Positions 1 to 9,501 of a stretch of DNA of 64,000 nucleotides are shown here, piece by piece. Numbering within the stretch: the stretch's first letter is position 1; the number at the start of each line of letters is the position of its first letter. Location of the stretch: contig JBDROZ010000111.1 in the NCBI GenBank assembly GCA_043809585.1, forward strand, positions 50,320 through 114,319, read 5' to 3'. The translations under genes and the position numbers were made by a program. Origin of the DNA: Candidatus Eiseniibacteriota bacterium. Lineage in GTDB: Bacteria > Orphanbacterota > Orphanbacteria > Orphanbacterales > Orphanbacteraceae. The notes beneath the pieces are model-generated. The model saw only the letters and a program-made list of their open reading frames with translations, searched no databases and was not told the DNA's origin.

Positions 1-642
1 TTCCGCCGGCTCTATTCGCGGCTCCGGTACAAGCTCGAAGGGAAACCCCTTTCTCCTCTCATGGTCACCAGCTCGAAGCACGAGGAGGGGAAAACGACCA
101 CCGCCGCGTTTCTCGCGGTCACCGTGGCCCGCCAGGAGGGGGGCCGGGTGCTGCTCGTCGACATGGACCTCCACCGGCCCCAGGTTCACCACATGTTCTC
201 CCTCCCTCTCGACCCGGGGGTGAGCGAGATCTTCCAGGGCAGGGAGACGATCGAGAGGGCGACCCGGGAGACGGGACTGCCCGGTCTTCATGTCGTCACG
301 AGCGGCAGTATGGTGCGCCACCCCTCCGCGCTCTTCGAACCGGAGCGGATCCGGGAATTCCTCCGGGAAGTCTCTTCCCGGTTCGACCTGGTCATCCTCG
401 ACGCGCCGCCCCTCCTGCCGGTGACGGACACCATGGTGCTCAGCATGGAAGTGGCGGCGGTGCTGTTCGTAATCATGGCGGGCAAGACGCCCCGGGACGT
501 GGTGACCCGGGGGAAGGAGATCCTGAGGGACGTGAACGCCCCCCTTGCGGGCGTGGTGATCAACAATTCGAAGGGCGTGCTCCCCTACTACTACAACTAC
601 AAGTATTACGGCTACGGCAAACCGAAACCGCCGAAGCCGTAA
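1..642 (+). CDS. BY-kinase (Wzc/EpsB-type tyrosine autokinase) C-terminal ATPase domain; 5' end lies outside the window
   Basis: Frame is open back to position 1. Walker A-like EEGKTT, Walker A' VLLVDMDLHRP, Walker B LVILDAPP and a C-terminal tyrosine cluster YYYNYKYYGYG are present. Confidence 0.8.
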   Translation, partial: FRRLYSRLRYKLEGKPLSPLMVTSSKHEEGKTTTAAFLAVTVARQEGGRVLLVDMDLHRPQVHHMFSLPLDPGVSEIFQGRETIERATRETGLPGLHVVTSGSMVRHPSALFEPERIREFLREVSSRFDLVILDAPPLLPVTDTMVLSMEVAAVLFVIMAGKTPRDVVTRGKEILRDVNAPLAGVVINNSKGVLPYYYNYKYYGYGKPKPPKP

Positions 643-660
643 TCGAACCAGGCGGGCGCC

Positions 661-1626
661 ATGAACCGAAGCGGCCGGCCCACGGTCGATCTCACTCTCG
701 TGATCCCCGTCCAAGACGAAGAGGGGAATGTGGATCTTCTCTACGAGCGAAGTCTCCCCGTCCTGGAGAGGCGGGGGGGAGGGACGTGGGAGATCATCTT
801 CGTCGACGACGGGAGCACGGACCGGACCTTCGCCCGCCTCGCCGAGATCCACCGCCGGGACCGGCGGGTGCGCGTCGTTCGCCTCCGGAGGAACTTCGGC
901 CAGACCGTGGCCCTCGCGGCGGGTTTCGACCACACCCGGGGCAGGCGCGTCGTCACCATGGACGGCGATCTCCAGAACGACCCGAGGGACATTCCGTCGA
1001 TTCTCGCCAAGATGGACGAGGGGTTCGCCGTCGTCAGCGGATGGCGCCGGGACCGGAAAGAACCGTTCCTTTCCCGCCGCCTCCCGTCGATCGTCGCGAA
1101 CCGGCTGATCTCGTGGCTCTCGGGCGTGGGCCTCCACGACTACGGGTGCACGCTGAAGGGATACGAGCGGAGCGTCGTCGACCGCCTCCACATCTACGCG
1201 GAGATGCACCGTTTCCTTCCCGCCTTCGCCGCCCTCACGGGCGCCCGGACCGCGGAGATCGAGGTCCGCCATCACCCCCGCCACTCGGGACGATCCAAGT
1301 ACGGGCTCTCCCGGGTGGGGAAGGTGATCGCCGATCTTCTGGCCCTGCAGATGCTGCTGCATTTCTCCAGCAAGCCCCGCTACTGGTTCAACTACATCGC
1401 CCTCCCCTTCGGTGCCCTCGGCATCCTGATCGGCGCGTGGGCGGCGTACTGGTACGTGCGGGAGCCGTTCGCCGGCCCCGAGATCGTTCTCCCGGGCACC
1501 ACGTTCCTTCTCTTTTTTCTCTGGTTCTATCTCGTCTCCCTCGGCTGGTTCGCCGAGCTGGTCTCCGCCACGGGGAACTACCGGCAGGGGAGGATGATCT
1601 CCGGTGCCGGCGGAGGGACGCCATGA
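661..1626 (+). CDS. GT2 glycosyltransferase, polyprenyl-phosphate sugar transferase-like (DPM1/ArnC/GtrB-like)
   Basis: GT2 motifs IFVDDGSTD and DGDLQND; C-terminal hydrophobic helices; 321 aa. Confidence 0.8.
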   Translation: MNRSGRPTVDLTLVIPVQDEEGNVDLLYERSLPVLERRGGGTWEIIFVDDGSTDRTFARLAEIHRRDRRVRVVRLRRNFGQTVALAAGFDHTRGRRVVTMDGDLQNDPRDIPSILAKMDEGFAVVSGWRRDRKEPFLSRRLPSIVANRLISWLSGVGLHDYGCTLKGYERSVVDRLHIYAEMHRFLPAFAALTGARTAEIEVRHHPRHSGRSKYGLSRVGKVIADLLALQMLLHFSSKPRYWFNYIALPFGALGILIGAWAAYWYVREPFAGPEIVLPGTTFLLFFLWFYLVSLGWFAELVSATGNYRQGRMISGAGGGTP

Positions 1627-2567
1627 CCCCGGGCGGCGCCCGCTACTCCGTTCTTCTCTATCTCCCCTGCGAGACGAATCGGATCGAGAAGATGGTGGAC
1701 GTGGTGGTCGAGGCGATGGACGGCCGATCCTACGAGATCGTCCTCCTCGACGACGGCGCGGGTGGGGGCCGGAGCTGGCGGGAGGCGCTCCGCACGAAAT
1801 GCCCGCGAATCAAGGTGGTGCGCTTCTCCAAGACCTTCGGCGAGTCGGCCGCCGTGGACGCCGCGCTCCCCCACGCGGAAGGGGAGGTCATCATGACCCT
1901 CCCCTCCCGGATCCCCTTCTCCGCCGAGGAGGTCCGTTCCCTCATCGACGGAGTGGAGGGGGGGGCGGACCTCGTCATCGGATTCCGCTCGGGAGACCCC
2001 GAGCGGGGCGTGGAACGGTTCCCGATCCGCATGTACCGGTACCTCACCCGCCGGGCCACGGGGGTCTCCTTCCGGGACCTGAACAGCGGGGTGCGCGCCT
2101 TCCGGCGCGAAGTGGCGGAAGAGATCTCCATCTACGGGGAGATGATCCGCTTCCTCCCGGTCCTCGCCGTCGGCCGGGGCTACCGGGTCGAACAGATCCC
2201 CCTCACCGGCTCGTGGCCGAAGTCGAAGGGCCGCGGCGGCCTGCCGAAACCGACGGTCTATCTGAACCGGATGATCGACGTGCTCACCCTCTACTTCCTC
2301 CTCCGGTTCACGAAGAAGCCGCTCCGCTTCTTCGGCCTCGTCGGCGCCTTTCTCCTCTTGCCCGGCGTGCTGATCAACCTGTACCTCTTCGTCGACCGCA
2401 TCGTCTTCTCCCACGGCATCGCCGGCCGGCCCCTCCTCCTCCTCGGGATCCTTCTCCTCGTTCTGGGGGTGCAGACGATCTCGATCGGCCTGATCGGCGA
2501 GATGATCATTTTCACCCACTCCCGGGAGACCCGGGACTACAGCATTCTCGAGGTGCTCGAGGAATGA
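1623..2567 (+). CDS. GT2 glycosyltransferase (second ArnC/DPM1-like paralog)
   Basis: Start ATG at 1623 overlaps the upstream stop (ATGA). LLDDGAGG and GFRSGD motifs; C-terminal TM helices. The ORF track shows a longer in-frame upstream extension, taken as a high-GC artefact. Confidence 0.7.
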   Translation: MTPGGARYSVLLYLPCETNRIEKMVDVVVEAMDGRSYEIVLLDDGAGGGRSWREALRTKCPRIKVVRFSKTFGESAAVDAALPHAEGEVIMTLPSRIPFSAEEVRSLIDGVEGGADLVIGFRSGDPERGVERFPIRMYRYLTRRATGVSFRDLNSGVRAFRREVAEEISIYGEMIRFLPVLAVGRGYRVEQIPLTGSWPKSKGRGGLPKPTVYLNRMIDVLTLYFLLRFTKKPLRFFGLVGAFLLLPGVLINLYLFVDRIVFSHGIAGRPLLLLGILLLVLGVQTISIGLIGEMIIFTHSRETRDYSILEVLEE

Positions 2568-3589
2568 ACGTGCGCCTCCTGGAACCGGGGGAGGAGGCGG
2601 CGTGGAACGCGTACGTCGAGGGCCGGCGGGAGAGCCTTCTCGGCCATCGGGCCGAATGGCTCTCCATTCTTCGAGACTCCCTCGGACACGACCCCCGCCC
2701 CCTCGTCGCCATGGACGGCGAGGAGATCCGGGGCGTGCTCCCCCAAGTGATCGTGCCCGGCCTGATCGGCGGCCGCGCCCTCGTCTCCCTCCCCTGGCTC
2801 GACGGGGCAGGCCCCCTCGGAGACGACGACGAGACGGTCCTCGCCCTGCTTCGGGCCTCCCGGGAGACGGGGATCCGCGAGCGCTGCGCCTATCTGGAAA
2901 TCCGGGCGCTCCGGGAGTGGCCCGAGCCCCGGCCGGTGAGGAAGGAAAAGGTCCTCATGGTGCTCCCCCTCCGGGAAGAGACCGCCCTCTGGAAATCCTT
3001 CTCCGCGAAGGTCCGGAATCAGGTCCGGAAGGCGGAGAAGGAGGGACTGACCGCCGGCGCCGGGGGCCCGGAGCTTCTCGGCGATTTCTACTCCGTCTTC
3101 TGCCGCAACATGCGTGACATCGGAGTCCCCGTCTGGGGGAAGGAGTTCTTCGCCGCCATGATGGACCGGCTCGGAGAGCGCTCCCGGATCGTCATCGTGC
3201 GGAGCGGAGGCAGGCCGGTGGGAGGGGGGATCCTTCTCTTCCACCGGGAGAGCGCGGTGGTGCCGAGCGCCTCGTCCCTCCGGAGCCACTTTTCCCTCTG
3301 CCCGAACCACCTGCTCTATTGGACCGCCCTCAAGGCGGCCGCCCATGGGGGGGCCCTCCGTTTCGACTTCGGCCGCTCCACGCCCGGGAGCGGAACGTGG
3401 CGCTTCAAGAAGCAGTGGGGGGCGGAGGAGGTGCCCTGCTTCTGGCACTACGCCCTCCTCCGGGGGGGAAGGATCCCGGAGAAGAGCACCGAGGGCCCGA
3501 AGCTCCGCCTCGCCGTCGCCGCCTGGAAGCGGATGCCCCTCTTCCTCGCGAACCGGATCGGTCCCGCGCTCGTGCGGAGGATCCCGTGA
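2564..3589 (+). CDS. FemAB-family / GNAT-fold acyltransferase (PEP-CTERM-locus FemAB-like)
   Basis: About 341 aa, start ATG 2564 in an ATGA overlap. The sequence pattern (MNVRLLEPGEEAAWNAYV... FDFGRSTPGSGTWRFKKQWGA) is typical of FemAB-like proteins found in EPS loci. Confidence 0.55.
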   Translation: MNVRLLEPGEEAAWNAYVEGRRESLLGHRAEWLSILRDSLGHDPRPLVAMDGEEIRGVLPQVIVPGLIGGRALVSLPWLDGAGPLGDDDETVLALLRASRETGIRERCAYLEIRALREWPEPRPVRKEKVLMVLPLREETALWKSFSAKVRNQVRKAEKEGLTAGAGGPELLGDFYSVFCRNMRDIGVPVWGKEFFAAMMDRLGERSRIVIVRSGGRPVGGGILLFHRESAVVPSASSLRSHFSLCPNHLLYWTALKAAAHGGALRFDFGRSTPGSGTWRFKKQWGAEEVPCFWHYALLRGGRIPEKSTEGPKLRLAVAAWKRMPLFLANRIGPALVRRIP

Positions 3590-4987
3590 TCGGGCCCGCG
3601 GGATCCCCCCGGGGGGACCGGCGCCTCCCCGGCGTTCTCCTCTTCGCCGCCGTGGTCGTCGCCGTCGGGATCGGCGCGGGCCTCGCGGTCATCTCCCTGC
3701 CGACCAAGGTCGGCTGGGCCGCCGCCGCCGCGCTCGTCCCCGTGGCGGCCCTCGCCATGATCGTCCTCCGGAACCCGTACGCGGGGCTTCTCCTGATCTA
3801 CACGCTCGAGTACTTCCGGCCCCAGGACCAGATCATGGCTCTCATGCCCCTCCGGCTCCCCTTTCTCGCCACGGTGGGGGTGTTTTTCGTCCTCGTCATC
3901 ACCATCATCCGGGACCCGAAGCGGGGGATCGTCTGGCCTCGTCAATCGTGGACCCTCGTGGTCCTCCTCGCCTTCATGGCGCTTTCCGTCATCACGTCGG
4001 TCAACAACTTCTACGCCTATAATTTCTTCCGGGGCATGATCCTGACGTTCATGCTCTACCTGCTCACGGTGAACCTCGTCGACTCCCCGCGCCGTCTCCG
4101 GATCCTGATCGGGCTCCTGGTGGCCGCCCATCTCTTCCTCTGTCTCAAGGGGATCAGGCAGTTCGTGGTGGGGAACAGGTGGGGCACCACGGGGTCGGTG
4201 GGGGGCAACTTCCTCGGCGACGAGAACGACTTCGCCATGGCCCTCATCGTCATCTTCCCGTACATCTACTTCGCCATCGAGAAGAGCGTCCGGGGGCGCT
4301 CGAAGTTCTTCTGGATCGTCGGCGCCCCTCGTCGTCCTCACGACGATCATGCTCACCATGTCGCGGGGGGGCTTCGTCGGGATCGCGGTCACCCTTTTCT
4401 ACTGCTGGGTCCGGAGCAAGAGAAAGCTGGCGAGCGCCCTCGGGGTGGTCTTCCTCGTCGCCATCGTGGCCTCCCTCGCGCCGGAATCCTATTTCGGGGA
4501 GATCGGCTCGATCAAGGAAACCGACTCGGGGACCGCCCACAAGCGGCGGGAGTACTGGCTGGCCGGGATGCGCATGTACGCCGAGAAACCCCTCATCGGA
4601 GTGGGACCGGGGAATTCCCCCCTCTACATGCCTCAGTACCTCGACATGCCCCACGCGTACACCCAGTGGGGCAGGGCCATGCACGGGACGCTGCCGCTCC
4701 TCGCGGCGGAGATGGGGACCGTGGGCCTCATGATCTACGCGGTTCTCTTCTTCCAATGCGCGGGCGATCTCCGCCGGATGAAGAGGTCCAAGATCGGGGC
4801 GAGGGACCCGGAGGGGGGACGATTCCTCGAGTACTTCGCCGACGCCACGTCGACTTCCATTCTCGGGTTTCTCACGGCGGCCACGTTCCTGTCGGCCCTG
4901 TATTATCCGCACATCTACGTGCTCGCGTCCTTCTGCGCCCTCGGACGGCGCCTCTCCGTCGGAAAGCTCGGAAGGGGGGAGGAATGA
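3586..4987 (+). CDS. O-antigen ligase / Wzy-like polymerase (Wzy_C), reading frame interrupted
   Basis: GTG 3586 in a GTGA overlap. The N-terminal 8 or so TM helices are in frame 1 up to about 4325. The C-terminal part, with the SRGGFVG Wzy_C signature, is in frame 2 (ORF 4349..4987). Together they give about 460 aa, the expected size of a single Wzy. Confidence 0.65.
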
Positions 4988-6159
4988 CGGGCCGGCTCCC
5001 GCCCGCGGGCCGCCCCCTCGGGGGAGACGCGTGGGGGGCGGCCCTCTCCGGATTCCTTCGGCCGCGGGAGGAAGGGGAGCGTTTCGCCGCCGCCCTCGGG
5101 GAGCGCTTCGGCGGCGCCGTGATCCGGCTCCATCCTTCGGGACGGGCGGCCCTCCGGTCGGTCCTGCTCGCCTGCCGCACCCTTCGCCCCGAAAGACCGG
5201 AGGTCGTCCTCGGGGCCTACACCTGTTGGTCCGTGCCCGCGGCGATCCGCCGGACCGGCCTCGTTCCCCGCCCGGTCGATCTCGATCCGGAGACCCTCGA
5301 TTTCGACGCCGCCGCCCTGGCCGGGGTGGACGGGGAGAAGGTCGCGGCGGTGGTGACCCATCACCTCTGCGGCCTTCCGAACGACACGGCCCGTCTCGAG
5401 GAGGCGGCCCGATCGTGGGGCGCCTTCCTCGTCGACGACGGCGCCCAGGCTTTCGGCGCCCGCTTCCGGGGGGGGGCGGTGGGAAGCGCCGGCGCGGCGG
5501 GCATCCTCTCCTTCGGACGGGGGAAGGGGCTGCCCGCCCTCGGAGGCGGAGCGGTGGTGATCCCGGGCGGTTCCCCCCTCGCCGGGGTCATTCCCGACGG
5601 CGCGCCGCCGGTCCGGGGAGGGGGGGGCGTGATCCTCGCGGTCCTCCACGGCCTCTTCTTCCGGCCCTCGCTGTACGGGATCCCCGCGGTCCTTCCCTTC
5701 CTCCACGTCGGCGAGACGAACTACGACGAGAACTTCGCGGAGGGACGCCCGTCGGGTTCCGAAGCGGCCCTCGGGGCGAGACTTCTTTCGTCGGAACCGG
5801 AGGACCGGGCCGGGAGGATCCGGATCGCCGCTGAATACCGGGAAGGGTTGGCGGGCGTGCCGGGCATCCGGATTCCCACCCCGATCGAAGGGGCCGAGCC
5901 GTCGTACATCCGCTTCCCGCTTCTCCTCCCGGCCCATGCGAAGGAGCGGTTCATCGCCCGGGCGGCCCCCCTCGGGGCGAGTCCCTACTACCCGGCCCCG
6001 GTGACGGCGATCCCCGCGGCGGCGCCGATCGAAACCGGCGGACCCTGGCCCGGCGCGGAATCGATCGCCGCCCGGCTCGTGACGCTTCCGGTCCATCCCC
6101 GGGTGGGGGAGAGGGAACGGCGGAGGCTGATGGAGATGGTGCGGGAGGCGGTCCGATGA
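4984..6159 (+). CDS. DegT/DnrJ/EryC1/StrS-family PLP-dependent sugar aminotransferase-like protein
   Basis: ATG 4984 in an ATGA overlap. An SFGRGKGL lysine region matches the DegT-family PLP site; 391 aa. Confidence 0.6.
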   Translation: MTGRLPPAGRPLGGDAWGAALSGFLRPREEGERFAAALGERFGGAVIRLHPSGRAALRSVLLACRTLRPERPEVVLGAYTCWSVPAAIRRTGLVPRPVDLDPETLDFDAAALAGVDGEKVAAVVTHHLCGLPNDTARLEEAARSWGAFLVDDGAQAFGARFRGGAVGSAGAAGILSFGRGKGLPALGGGAVVIPGGSPLAGVIPDGAPPVRGGGGVILAVLHGLFFRPSLYGIPAVLPFLHVGETNYDENFAEGRPSGSEAALGARLLSSEPEDRAGRIRIAAEYREGLAGVPGIRIPTPIEGAEPSYIRFPLLLPAHAKERFIARAAPLGASPYYPAPVTAIPAAAPIETGGPWPGAESIAARLVTLPVHPRVGERERRRLMEMVREAVR

Positions 6160-7277
6160 GTTTCGTCTTCTGGGCCTCCCTCGTCCTCGTCGCGTACGCC
6201 TACGCCGGCTACCCCGCCCTTCTTCTCCTTCTCGCCCGGAGGGCGGGGCGCCCGGCGCCGCGGGAGGAACGGACTCCGACCGTGACGGTCGTCGTGCCGG
6301 TTCACAATCAGCCGGAGGAGATCCGGATGAAGATCGAAAACCTGCTCCGCCTCGACTACCCCCGGGAGAGGCTGACCGTCGTGATCAGCTCCGACGGCTC
6401 CGACGACGGGACCGACGAGGTGGTGCGGGGGTATGAGGACCGGGGGATCCGGCTCGTCCGCTCCGGAGAGCGGCGGGGAAAGGTGCACGCCCAGAACCGG
6501 GCGATCGAGAGCCTCGGCGGCGACCGGGGAGAGGTCGTGGTATTCACCGACGCCTCCATTCTCCTGAACGAAGGGGCGCTCCGGGCGATCGTGCGGGCCT
6601 TCGCCGACCCCGAGGTCGGATGCGTTTCGAGCGACGACGACGTCCCCGGGGGGGGCGAGGGGCTCTACGTCCGCTACGAGATGTTCCTCCGCCGCCTCGA
6701 GGGGCGGATCAAGACCCTCGTCGGCGTGAGCGGCTCTTTCTACGCCGTGCGCGGGGACCTGGTCGCCCCGACCGACCCCCGGTTCACCCGGGACTTCCTC
6801 GTCCCCCTCTCGATCATCGGGAAGGGACTCCGCGTGCAGAGCGATCCGGAGGCGCGGGGGCGCTTTCTCCCCGCCCCCTCGTCGGGCTCCGAGTTCCGCA
6901 GGAAGGTCCGCACCGTCATGCGGGGGATGGACGTTCTCTTCCACAACGCCCGGCTCCTCGACCCCTTGCGAGACCCCTTCGTCGCGTGGGCCCTCCTCTC
7001 CCACAAGGTCGTCCGCTGGCTCGTCCCCTGGGCGATGCTCGCCCTCTTCCTCGCGAGCTTCGCCCTCGCCGGCCGGCCCTTCTACCGGGTCTTCTTCGCC
7101 CTGCAGGCCCTCTTCTATCTCTCCGCCGCCGCCGCCGCCCGCCCGGGATTCTGGGCCTCCTCCCTCCCCGGAAAGGCGTCCTTGTTCTTCACCGTCACCA
7201 ACGCCGCGATCCTGGTCGCTTGGATCCGCTACCTCCGGGGGGAACGGGCGGTGGTCTGGGAGCCGACGAAACGATGA
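6156..7277 (+). CDS. GT2 glycosyltransferase with N- and C-terminal TM segments (cellulose-synthase-like fold)
   Basis: ATGA overlap at 6156. VVVPVHNQ...SSDGSDDGT GT2 motifs with flanking hydrophobic helices. Confidence 0.75.
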   Translation: MSFVFWASLVLVAYAYAGYPALLLLLARRAGRPAPREERTPTVTVVVPVHNQPEEIRMKIENLLRLDYPRERLTVVISSDGSDDGTDEVVRGYEDRGIRLVRSGERRGKVHAQNRAIESLGGDRGEVVVFTDASILLNEGALRAIVRAFADPEVGCVSSDDDVPGGGEGLYVRYEMFLRRLEGRIKTLVGVSGSFYAVRGDLVAPTDPRFTRDFLVPLSIIGKGLRVQSDPEARGRFLPAPSSGSEFRRKVRTVMRGMDVLFHNARLLDPLRDPFVAWALLSHKVVRWLVPWAMLALFLASFALAGRPFYRVFFALQALFYLSAAAAARPGFWASSLPGKASLFFTVTNAAILVAWIRYLRGERAVVWEPTKR

Positions 7278-8245
7278 GCGGGTGGCGGGATCGGGCGCGG
7301 CGCATTCTCATCTTTACGGGCGAGCACCGCCGGAGCCTCCGGCGCAGGATGGCGGGGCGGGGGAACCGCCTCGTTCTCGTGCTCCACCGGGTCCTCCCCG
7401 GGGAAAGAGGGAACGACCACTCCCCCCCCGGCATGGTGGTGAGCACCGAGTCCTTCGAGAGGCTGCTCGATTTTCTCGGCAACGAGTTCGAACTCCCCGG
7501 CGTCACCCAGTTTCTCGACGGGCACCCGGCCCCCCGGGAGAAGCCGTCGGCGCTGGTCACCTTCGACGACGGCTGGCTCGACTCGGCGGAGAACGGAGGG
7601 GCCGCCCTTCACCGGCGGGGAATTCCCGGCGTTCTCTTCGCCTCCGTGGATCACGTGGAGCGGGGGGAGCTCTTCTGGCCCGAACGCCTCCTCATCTTGC
7701 TCCCGGCGGTAGACTCCGGGGAGTTCCGGCGCGTCACCGGCGAGGGCCGGCCCGACCCTGCCGACGCCGGCGGCGTGGAAGCCCTTCTGACCCGTTGGAA
7801 GGGGCGTTCCCGGGAGGAGAGGGAGGAGTGGATCCGGCGCCTCTCTCCGGGGGCGGGCGGGGCGCCCGAAGAGCGGAGGATCGCGACTTGGGAGGAGCTC
7901 CGCGTTCTTCGCTCCCGGGGAATCGAAATCGGGAGCCACGGCATGAGCCACCGCCTCCTCACCCGCCTACCCGGAGAAGAGGCGCTCGCCGAGCTCCGTC
8001 TCTCCCGGGAGCGGATCGGCGAAGCCCTCGGCGAAACGCCCCGTCTCTTCGCCTACCCGAACGGGGACCGGAACGAAGCGGTCCGGGCCGCCGCCCGTGA
8101 AGCGGGGTACGATTTCGCGTTTTCTTTGCGGGGAGACCCCCGGGACCCGTACGATCTTCCCCGCGTGAATCTCCACGAAGGGAAGATGGCGGAGGGGGGC
8201 GGGTGGAGCCCGGACCGCCTCGTCCTTGCCCTCGCCGCAGGATAA
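7274..8245 (+). CDS. Polysaccharide deacetylase (CE4, NodB homology domain)
   Basis: ATGA overlap at 7274. TFDDGW aspartate motif and SHGMSH histidine motif. Confidence 0.8.
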   Translation: MSGWRDRARRILIFTGEHRRSLRRRMAGRGNRLVLVLHRVLPGERGNDHSPPGMVVSTESFERLLDFLGNEFELPGVTQFLDGHPAPREKPSALVTFDDGWLDSAENGGAALHRRGIPGVLFASVDHVERGELFWPERLLILLPAVDSGEFRRVTGEGRPDPADAGGVEALLTRWKGRSREEREEWIRRLSPGAGGAPEERRIATWEELRVLRSRGIEIGSHGMSHRLLTRLPGEEALAELRLSRERIGEALGETPRLFAYPNGDRNEAVRAAAREAGYDFAFSLRGDPRDPYDLPRVNLHEGKMAEGGGWSPDRLVLALAAG

Positions 8246-8263
8246 GGGTCCGAAGGGAGCGAA

Positions 8264-9499
8264 ATGATCGACCTGATCGAACACCCCGGGAGAGTGGACG
8301 CCTTTCTCCGGAAGGTGAGGAGTTGGTCTCCCGCGCCGCCGCCGGCGGTGATTCTCGGCGGGTCGCCGAACGGGCTCTCCTTTGTCCGGAGCATCGGCCG
8401 CCGCGGAATTCCCGTGGCCGTACTCGAAGGGCCGAAGCCCCTTCCGGGGCTCTTTTCCCGGCTGGCGACGGGGCTCCTCCTTCCGGACCCGGTGGAAGAG
8501 GAGCCCCGCTGGCTCGCCCTTCTCGAGGCGATCGGCGCCGCCTCCCCGGCGAAGCCGGTGCTGATTCCGACGGGGGACGCGCACGTCCTTCTCGTCTCCC
8601 GGAACCGGGCGGCCCTCGGCCGGCGCTACGAGTTCCTTCTCCCCGACGAGGAGGTGCTCGAGAAGCTTCCGGACAAGCGGGAGCAGTACCGCCTCGCCGA
8701 GGCCCACGGCGTTCCGGTGCCGAAGACGTTCTATCCCGGGAACGAGACGGAGGCCTCCGCCGCGGGCCGCGCGGTCGGCTTCCCCTGCGTCGTGAAGCCT
8801 TTCGTGGCCCATCTCTGGAAGAGGAAGAAGGAGGGGAAGCTCGTCGAGGCCGGGGACGAGGAGACCCTCCTCCGCGTTTACCGGGAGGCCGAACGGATCG
8901 GCCAACCCGTCATGATCCAGGAGAAGATCCCCGGGGGGGACGACCAACTCTACGGACTTCTCGCCTACTACGACCGGGATTCGAAACCCCTCTGCCTCTT
9001 CACGAAACGGAAGCTCCGCCAATACCCGGTGGGGTACGGTGACGGCAGCTTCCAGATCACCGTGCGGGCGCCGGAGGTTCGCGACCTCGGCGACCGCTTC
9101 TTCCGCGAGATCCGATACCGGGGACTCGGCAGCATCGAGTTCAAACGGGACGGGAGGACCGGCGGGTTCCTGCTGATCGAGGTGAACCCCCGTTCCGTCT
9201 CGGGCCAGGGAATGACGACGGCCGCGGGCATGGACATTCCGTGGATCGCCTATCTCGACATCGGCCGGGTGCGGGCCGTGGAACCGACGGAGGAGTTCGA
9301 GGAGGGAGTGGTCTTCGTGAACCTCCGATGGGATTTCCTCTCGTTTCTCGAGAACCGGCGTCTCGGCCGTCTCACCTTCGCCGGGTGGGCGCGGGGCTTT
9401 TTCGGCCGCAAGGTCGGCCATGCGTTCTTCGATTGGAGGGACCCGGCCCCCGCCGGGCGGGTGCTCCTCACGGTCCTCCGGAACCGGCTGAAAGGCTGA
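8264..9499 (+). CDS. ATP-grasp domain protein (carboxylate-amine ligase-like)
   Basis: 411 aa; the central region (VGFPCVVKP... MIQEKIPGGDD... LIEVNPR) fits the ATP-grasp fold. Confidence 0.6.
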   Translation: MIDLIEHPGRVDAFLRKVRSWSPAPPPAVILGGSPNGLSFVRSIGRRGIPVAVLEGPKPLPGLFSRLATGLLLPDPVEEEPRWLALLEAIGAASPAKPVLIPTGDAHVLLVSRNRAALGRRYEFLLPDEEVLEKLPDKREQYRLAEAHGVPVPKTFYPGNETEASAAGRAVGFPCVVKPFVAHLWKRKKEGKLVEAGDEETLLRVYREAERIGQPVMIQEKIPGGDDQLYGLLAYYDRDSKPLCLFTKRKLRQYPVGYGDGSFQITVRAPEVRDLGDRFFREIRYRGLGSIEFKRDGRTGGFLLIEVNPRSVSGQGMTTAAGMDIPWIAYLDIGRVRAVEPTEEFEEGVVFVNLRWDFLSFLENRRLGRLTFAGWARGFFGRKVGHAFFDWRDPAPAGRVLLTVLRNRLKG

Positions 9500-9501
9500 T
9501 C

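Noticed and set aside
786-3589. Very long ORFs spanning several genes (786..2567, 1604..3589, 3319..6159, 6620..8245, 9241..11424, 10788..12527, 13140..14861, 16276..19725, 37317..40589 N-terminal extension)
   Set aside because: High GC content suppresses stop codons. The true starts are fixed by ATGA/GTGA overlaps, RBSs and N-terminal homology; the upstream extensions are out-of-context read-through, not fusion proteins.
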